A stretch of 64,000 nt of DNA from the human T2T-CHM13v2.0 reference genome, Homo sapiens. The stretch lies in the NCBI RefSeq assembly GCF_009914755.1, contig NC_060931.1. One strand, written 5' to 3'. A program made the position numbers and the translations under genes. Each line of letters begins with the position of its first letter. Positions within the stretch are counted from its first letter, which is position 1. Shown here in pieces: positions 55,590 through 64,000 of this stretch. Below the pieces are notes generated by a model. It saw nothing but the letters and a program-made list of their open reading frames with translations, searched no databases and had not been told where the DNA came from.

Positions 55590-56740
55590 AGTGCAGTGCA
55601 AATTAAAACCAAAATGAGTTATCATTAAACACCCACTAGAGTGGCTAAAATTAAGAAGTCTGACAGTGACAAGTGTTGATGAGGATTTAGGCCAACAGGA
55701 ACTCTCAATATGAGCGCAAGCTAGAACTACCTCTTTGGAAAACAATCAGGCATTGGGTACTTGCACAAATTCTTACCATATATTCCAGCAATCCTTTTCT
55801 TTGGAATATATGAGACAATCACGTGTGCATATGTGCCACATGTACTCAAAGAGTCATAGCAGCATTAGTCATCCACTTAAAAATTGGAAACAACCTAATA
55901 TCTATCAACAGTAGAATGGACAAATAATGCATACAATGAAACAGTAAACAGCTATGAAAATGAACAAACTACAACATAAAAAATCTCACAAACATAATGA
56001 TGGATAGAAGAAGCCCAGCACCCATAAAAATAATGAAATAATTTCTTTTGAAACTACTCGGATGGAGCTAGAGGCCATTATTCTAGGTGAAGTAACTCAA
56101 GAATGGAAAACCAAATACCATATGTTCTCACTTATAACTGGGAGCTGAGCTATGGGTATGCAAAGGCATACAGAGTGGTATAATGAACTTTAGAGACTGA
56201 AAGGCAGCAGGGGGCGAGGGGTCAGCGGAGGGGAATAAAGGATAAAAAAACTACATATTGGGTACAATGTACACTACTGGTGTCACAGGTGCACTAAAAT
56301 CTTAGACTTCACCACTATACACTTCATCCATGTAACCAAAAACCACTTGTACCCCAAAAGCTATTGAAATAAAAAATATGTAATAAAAAAGCTTTAAAAA
56401 TAAAAAATATGTGATAAATAAAATGGGAAGTTCATCAGAAAAAAATTAAAATTAACTAAAAAAAGAAGAAAACTGGCACAAAAGAATATAATGTATGATC
56501 CCATTTATATAAAGTTCTTTAACAGGCAAAAGTCAACTTCAGTGTTAGGATAGTCAGGATAATGTTGACTTTCAGGTGGGTGGAGAGTATGGAAGAAGGG
56601 CTTATGAGGTGTGGGGATGTTCTATTTCTAGAACTGTTAAGTTAGAAGTTTTCACTCCATGATCATTCATCATCATTTACTGAGCTACATGTGTACATTT
56701 TGTGCAACTTTCTCTGTATTATTCATCAATAATTTTTTAA
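55590..56740 (+). mobile_element. Old L1M 3' fragment with a nested younger L1MA 3' end (~56040-56400)
   Basis: 'cacccactagagtggctaaaattaag...tgttgatgaggat'; insert 'ggatggagctagaggccattattctaggtgaagtaactca...ccatgtaaccaaaaaccacttgtacccc'; resumes 'atgtatgatcccatttatataaagttc'. Confidence 0.8.
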
Positions 56741-59700
56741 AAGGATACATGCCAAATACATCGAGATTTCCCACAGTGGTTTCAACCATTTCAATTAAAT
56801 TCAGAAAATCAAATTGATACACATTTTTATTTCTCAAAACTTACAAAATATTGATGCTTTAAAGGTAACATAAATAATAACATATCTACTGCTATAAAAC
56901 AAAAATAGTCTAGCTGACACATTAGTCTAAATTCAAGGTAAGCTATGGAAGGTGGACATCTGTGTATTAACTTTGGAGGGGGCAGGGGCTACCGCTAAGC
57001 CAATCAAAGGAGCTTCTTGTGAAGAGAGAAGCCAAACAAATACATGTTAGTCATGTTCTTCCAACAACTGAAACAATGTTATACAAGTATCACTGTACAA
57101 GAGCAGTGCAATTGTTTATAGCTAAAATTGATTTCATTCCTTCCAGGAAAGACTGCAAAGAACAATGTGCCAAATTTGTCTCTACTCTGTACTGTAAATA
57201 TAACTCATTAATAAATTAAAATTTCAAGGTCAAAGAATTAAAAAGAAAGTCCATTCCAGCCACTGTAACATGCAATGCACTGTTATTAAAAAGAGATCTT
57301 AATGAACATACTGCTGGTTCAAATAAGTACTTGAGAGCTAAATGACCACATCTCATAGCATGGGACTGCGTTCTATCCCACTAACTTTTGTTTAAAGAGA
57401 GCTCAATGTATGTTTCTCACATTTTAGAATTAAGAACAGAAGAGAAAAAGAAGTGGAGAAAAGAGCGTACCTGAACCAAATGGCAGATGACAACTTGTTT
57501 TTAAATAACATATGTTTTAAATATTTTAATTCCATGAATACACATTATATATTAAATTATTATTTTAGCAGACTTTTTTGTCCTCCAAATGGAGTCCAAA
57601 TAGTTCACGCAAAGGTATCCTTGTTTCTGCAATGTCTAATAAATGAAAGACATTTTCTTATCTTCTTCCCCTGATTACTAGAGTTGGTAAGAAGGATAAA
57701 ACCAGTAACTATTATATAAAATGTTTTATTATATAATGTATGTATTATATAAATATAAAGTGGAATTAATAAGTATAAATGAATATAATATTCATTTATA
57801 ATTCTTAATTACAAATTATAAATTAATTAATATAATAAAAATAAATATAATTCATTATTAGAAGAACTAATATGCTATGTCCATCTTTACAATGTCCACA
57901 GAAGTACCACCTTGATGAGGAAACAGCTGTCGCTGTCAAAAGAGACATTCATATGTCCAGTTGCAATTCTTTTCCTACCACCTAGGTGCCATGTTGAATG
58001 GGCGATGGAGAGCTGCTCTCATTGGTTGGATTCTGTGACATCTGATGGGGCTCTGTTTTCTAGACAGTTTCCTAACTGATCTGCATTAAGAAAGCACACA
58101 GATGCTGTCCTTTCCTCTCCTCTTCCCCTAAGATAACAAGTGGTTACCTTTGATCAGCCAAGCTTTTTCCCTTGGGTAGTCCCTTTTCCTCCAGTGGAGC
58201 AGGCCACGGCAGAGGCCAATCCAGCCAGGCCCAGAGGATCAAAGGAGTCTTTCCTTCTGTCTCACTCTCCTGCTCCCTATACCTGGAAGTGTGCATTCAG
58301 TAAGCTGTTCTATACACCAGTTGCAAGGTCTTGGGCTTAGGTTTGCCTGTTGGGTGAACTAGATCCTTAAAAGCCTGCTTTGCTCTCCAGCTACTTAAGC
58401 CCAGACAGAGAAGCGGCAGCACTGTACCATTTCCTTTTTAACAGGGAAGTATACAGAAAGCATGTAGCCTGGTGACTGTCACATGGTAAATTCTCAGTAA
58501 ATGTTGGCCCCTACAACCAACACCTTCATTCCTGCTGCTGCTGCCATTCCTAGAGCTCTGGGTTGGTTAAGGCCAAAGTCACCTGGCTTCCGTTGCCTTG
58601 TTGAGTACTGATTTCCCTCAAGGACCTGATAGGGAGTGAGCTGTTTGTGGCCGGGTGAGTTCAGCTATGATGTCACTTCGGCATTACTTAGGCGCACCCA
58701 TCTCATGTTTTCTCCTAACAGATAGATTAAGCGATTTGATTTACCTTAGTTAAGATGATGGATTTTTTTTCTTCAAAGTAAATTCAAGAGCATAATAATT
58801 CTGTAGTTTTAGTTCAGCAACTTCATTGCCATGAAGAAAAAAAATAAAAACTTTTGTCTTTAGAGATAGAGAAAACAAAAATTTTTTAATCAGTTTGATT
58901 TCTGTGACTTTCCTCTCTATTTTCCATTAATTCTACCAATCCTATTTTCTGTAATTTGATGAATTACCAATTCCATCTCAAAAACAATACTCAAATAGGC
59001 AAAATAATATCCTTTCCAAAAGAAAATACAAGGCAAAATAGAAAAATATTGACACCCAATAGTGTAGAAAGAATGGCTCCTCAAACAACTAAGTCCCTCT
59101 ATGATGAACTAACTGTGCCTAGAAAACTCCTGGGATAAGTGACATTTGTTTGTATAGGTGTTACATTTTCCAACAATGCAGAAACTTATCCATCATGATT
59201 TCCTTTAGCAGAAACTTTTGAGTCTGAGCCATAATACACATCAAGTGTAAGGGAAAATGACTCTAACATACATACAAGAGACTCAGTTAGATCTGTTTAC
59301 AAACAAACCAGCTCATGTTTGTATCATTTACATGGAAATCTCAACAATTCAAGGTAAACAGCTACTTTAAAAGTCTCAGCAGCACTAAGGCAGAATCTGT
59401 TATTCAAGCAAGAACTTTCCCCTCAGAGGACTTCAGGTACTAGGTGGATATAATTAATTGAAAACAGGAAGTTGGGTTCCAACTATTTAATCCTTGCTTA
59501 ATCTTGGGTCTGGTGGCAGGTGTTATAGAGGATATTTATAACAAAGACAGGAAGCACCTAGAATTCTGAGCCAAGAAGACAGTAAGGCTACCTCAAGAAT
59601 CAGAATGAATCTTTTATCAACAGTAGTCTCATCTTCTAGCTAGTATAAAGACTTTTTCCATATTAGTATCATCATCATCCTCATCATAATTATTATTACT

Positions 59701-61026
59701 GTTAACTACTAACTAGTCTGTTTTTTGAGTTATCCCTTGAACCTTGACATCTCACTCCTACTTCCCCTGATTCTTTTAATCACCTTTATTTTAAGTTATA
59801 TAGAGATGTCCAACAAGGAACTATCATTAGTGATTCAATAACTCTCCTCCAGAATAAAATCTTCAAGGTTTGCTAGGGCCATTGGTCCCATAAAGGTGAA
59901 AAAAGTGAGCCCTTTTGAAGTGGCAGGCTCTTTAGATGTAACTGGAAGTAGAGCTTGTAGGACTACTATATGAGACTAAGGCTTTATGTCCTAAGCATAC
60001 TTCTCAATATTTCAGAACTTTATCCCCTTGGAGGGTGTTAACTTTTCAAAATTAAATTACATATGGAAAAGGAGTATATGTAGTGTACTGTAGAGTGTAT
60101 GTAGTGATGGGGAACAATTTGTCTATATTATTCAACAGAAAAGCAGCATCAACTTCTACATAAGGGGATACTTTTCTTAGGGGTCTTGTTATCATGGCCT
60201 TCGGGAACTTTGCTCAAGACGTAGAGAACAGCATCATGGAGGACTGAAAATGAGTCTGGCTACTTAACAAGGAGCTACAAAGTCTCCTTCTGCAGTTCCT
60301 TCTTCAGAGAGAAAGCAAGTCTTCCAGTACCATAAAGGAGGAGAGATTCATCTGATTGGAAATGTCTATGATGTGCAAGAATTACTTGTTCATATTACCC
60401 TTGGAAAACCTGTGCACAGGACCATGGTCTTATCAAAAACAGCTTTTTGAGCCTCACTGTTTCATCTGTCAAATGAGAAGCTTTGGAGTAGATGATCTCC
60501 ATTCTACTCACAAGGTTTAAGGCCCCATTTGTTCCTAAAATCCAGTGCTTTCTATGATTCAAACCATATTCCCCTGTCTGTCATTGCTTAGCTTTGACCA
60601 TGTTATAAAGTCTGTTGCTTGAATACACTTTTGTTTAAAATTTAGTGACCCATCACTTGAGTATCCTACAAATGAGAACTCTTTTCTTTTTCCTTTCTCG
60701 AGAATAGCATCACAATCATTGCAGCAACTTATGTCCTCTCTGGGCCACTGTGGTCTTCAACTTTGATACTACTCCCAGGAGAAACGATAGGGTCTGGCTT
60801 TATGCTAACTGGATTTGGATGGTGATTGATTAGAAGAAAGTGGGACCACGTAGCCTTGCAAAAGGTTCAGTACTGAGCCACAAGCTTCAACACTAAAGGA
60901 GCTTTTACCAGTGAGTTCACAGCTATTTTTATATTAACAACATTTCTCCCATCCAGGTTTGTGCATTTTATCTTTATTCTTTCAAATCCTGAAATTGCTT
61001 GGATAAGAGAGAAGGTTTATATATTA

Positions 61027-61062
61027 TACACACACACAGACACACACACACACACACACACA
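61027..61062. repeat. (CA)n microsatellite
   Basis: Directly visible. Confidence 0.95.
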
Positions 61063-61642
61063 TTTCTAAGAGCAGCCTGAACTTTTAGGAGAAATTGAAG
61101 AGGCTTTGTGTCAAGTACAGCTAAATCCAGCCTTTCCATATCAAACCTCTGCTAGAAAATTACTGTGCAGATGATAAGGCAGAAAGATATAATAAAAAGT
61201 GACTCTCCTCAATTTACACTGCAATATTGGTATGACTGAATATTTTTCATTCAGGTGCCTGATAAAATCGCTAAACTGTATTGCAGATAAATAAAGGAGG
61301 CTTCTGTCAAGAATAAACACCATTAATCATGAAGTCTTACCCTCTCAGAGCCTGTGCTATGCATCTGCACAAATACACCAGCATAACCATCACACAACAC
61401 ATGCTTGCCTCCTTTATAAACTGTTCCAAGCTGAAGAAGTGCTCGTTTTTCATTTTGCAAGGTTTAGGCAGCTATAGCATTTTGAAAACATTCTCTTTAC
61501 ATTTTTAACTTTACATTCTTGCAACTAGGTCCATTATTGTAACATTTAGGAAAATGTGGCTGGGCTCTCAGGGGAAAAAATCTTGACAATGAATCAATTT
61601 TTTGACCAAATACATACGTACACACACAAATACATATGACAT

Positions 61643-62000
61643 ACTACATATCCTCAACTCTAAGATGTTACTGATCTAAAGGTGCAAAATTGTGTTAGAT
61701 ACCACTAAAAAAAGATAATGGTTCCCTATCACTTTTGGTTTTTACTTTACTTATTAAAAGAGCTCTTTTAGAATTATTCAGACATAGATTTTTTAAACAT
61801 GTATCATTCCAGCACATGTACAAAAAAGGGAAATATAAGCAAAATTATTTTATTAAAAGATACCTGGAACTTCCTCATGACTGCCACTTCACCAATAAGC
61901 AATTGTAAAACACTATAGATTGTAAAATACATCCCAACTTCAGAGATGTTAAAAGATGGAAAAAGGGATGTACTACTTAGAATAGATGATTTAAATATGG
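61643..62000. mobile_element. Probable TcMar-Tc2-type (MER104/Kanga-like) DNA transposon remnant
   Basis: Right part 'gattgtaaaatacatcccaacttcagagatgttaaaa...cttagaatagatga' resembles the MER104 end; left part 'catatcctcaactctaagatg' is a degenerate inverted counterpart. Family recalled from memory. Confidence 0.45.
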
Positions 62001-63469
62001 GGATAGATATGTAGTAGGCAATCCTGCCATTCGTCAAATACCTATGCTGTGACAGACACTGTGTTAAGTGCTATATATATGCTCCTTTGCTGAATCCTTG
62101 ATATAAAATGGTATTGAATGGTGAAACTGGCTTAGACAGATTCAGTAATCTGACAGTAAGTATCTGAGCTGAATTCAAACCCAGTCTATGCTTCAAAGTC
62201 TATGTTTTTAAACCCAAAGAAAAACTGCCCCAAACCAGATACACATGTGCATGTATGCCTACACTTACATTTTTAACATTATTGAGGCTTTTAATAGAAA
62301 AGGATGGTATGGTTATCTAGCTACCTTAACTTCCAAAGGGAATCTATTTAAATTGATGTTCAAATTGTAGTGCCATGGCAGGTCACACTGGTGGCTGCAG
62401 TATACACAAAGTGTCACTTGCAGAGTATAAAGAGTAATGAGGGAAGTATGACCACCATTCAGGCAAGACTTTTCAGCAGAGCTTCACATAAGGAAAGTGC
62501 AGGCAACAAACTTTATGGCTTAGGGAGAAAAATGGCATGTGGGCATGCATGTGTCAGGGCCACAATATTTTCATGGAATCCCCTTGTAAGTGTCCACACT
62601 CTAGGAAAAAACAACGAACAAATTTAAATTTTTCCATAATCATGAAATGTTAAGAACTAGAAAGGATCTTAAAGATCATTTAATTAATTTATTTTGTACA
62701 TGAAAACAAGGCCTGCAGAGATGACGGAAAGTGCTCAAGGATCCGGTTAACTTGTGGTAGAGTTGAGAATGGAACCTCACTGAGGTCCACATGTATTATG
62801 AAAACAGATGATTAACTTGTTTTACGAAGATGATCATGAGAAGCCATGTGCCAACAGCACTATGTTTGAGTTTGCTGGAATTACACTTTGAAACCCAACC
62901 AAATAGCATTGTCATGGGTGAATGTAACCAACATATTATTGGGTGGGGAAGGGATGTGCTCAAAGGAACTATTCAGCAAAGCCATAATCCAGTCACACTC
63001 ATGAGGGATGTTTAGCTGTGTTACGCAGGAAGTATTATGGAAGCTGCAATTCAGCTCACTGGGGGTTCTGTTTGCAGAGCCCACTCCAAGCAGGAAGTGC
63101 CTTTTCTAGCCAAAAGAGGTTTAACTCCCATCTTCCTGATAAATCCTCCCTCTGTGAAGAAGCAGCTTGATCCTGTACAGTGAAGTGTTTATTTGCTAAA
63201 TGGAACACAGGCAGAGAGCCTCACAATAACGTCTGTGCTCCAATGATGCACAGCCATATTGGGGGCTCACAGAGGTCAGACCCCAAGAAGCCTCGTTCAA
63301 GCCAGGCCCAGCAAGAAAAGAAGAGGATACCAATGAAACCAGGCCCTGACCCCACTGCTTGGTACTTCCCCAGTTCTTTAAGGAAGAGCTTCTGTGTTAA
63401 AAATAAGTATTTATACTGTATCATTTTCATCACAGACTGTGTGTTCAATCATTCCTGACAAACTTTTTG

Positions 63470-63588
63470 GTCCTCTTTTTTATTATTTTTATTTTATAAA
63501 AATTATATTTTATTTATAATTTATTAAAATTATTATTTTAATATTAATTAAATATTATTATTTAATACTTTTAAATTATTATTAAAAC
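63470..63588. repeat. AT-rich low-complexity tract (a similar one lies at ~57705-57860)
   Basis: Almost exclusively A/T. Confidence 0.9.
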
Positions 63589-64000
63589 TGCTCCCAGGTA
63601 CATTATCAATAAATGCAGACCCCTGGTTAGCTACAATGCACCCCACCTGCTTGTTAAGAGTAGAAATTCTCATGCACAAAAAAGCAAGTAAAAACAACTG
63701 AATGTACCCTTCATAAGAATTTTGCTTTTAAGACAGCTGAATTTTGTCAAGCTATATCACAATGTTTTACCACTATCTACATTGAGGGTATAATGCATTA
63801 AAGAATAAAATATTTACTCTTTGTTAATAGAGTTAAAAACATAGTTCATAAGTTTATCAGCTGTTCATTTCTGTCCCAGTCATAAACCATGCTTCAAAAA
63901 ATAGCATATGTACAAGAAAATGTAGTGGTTATAGTAAGATACTCGAATAATTTTGTTTTTGTTGTTCATTATTTCTATACATAAGGCAATCCATTTTATG

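Overview
Human (primate) genomic DNA lying entirely inside the GLI3 gene, which is transcribed on the minus strand. The window holds six consecutive coding exons, matching exons 5-10 of the canonical mRNA (206, 147, 202, 214, 114 and 141 nt; about aa 158-499). They encode part of the N-terminal repressor region, the SUFU-binding SYGHL motif and the start of zinc finger 1. All have canonical AG/GT boundaries and compatible phases. Positions 47024-64000 are part of intron 4 and 1-21793 are part of the long intron 10. The rest is intronic: Alu, L1, L2, L3/CR1, MIR, MER20, MER5A, MLT1 and THE1 repeats, microsatellites and several repeat-free motif-dense blocks. I see no foreign, prokaryotic or CRISPR-like DNA and no second gene. 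The best leads are: (1) an unexplained ~235-bp direct repeat pair bracketing a candidate intron-10 enhancer; (2) a CTCF site with its upstream module; (3) a frame-closed exon 5-7 block (555 nt) flanked by inverted Alus, predicting a stop-free circRNA and an in-frame skip of the SUFU motif; (4) possible intronic polyadenylation after exon 10; (5) a CAGCAG tandem acceptor at exon 9. These are hypotheses from sequence alone. Repeat boundaries and subfamilies were called by eye and are approximate.
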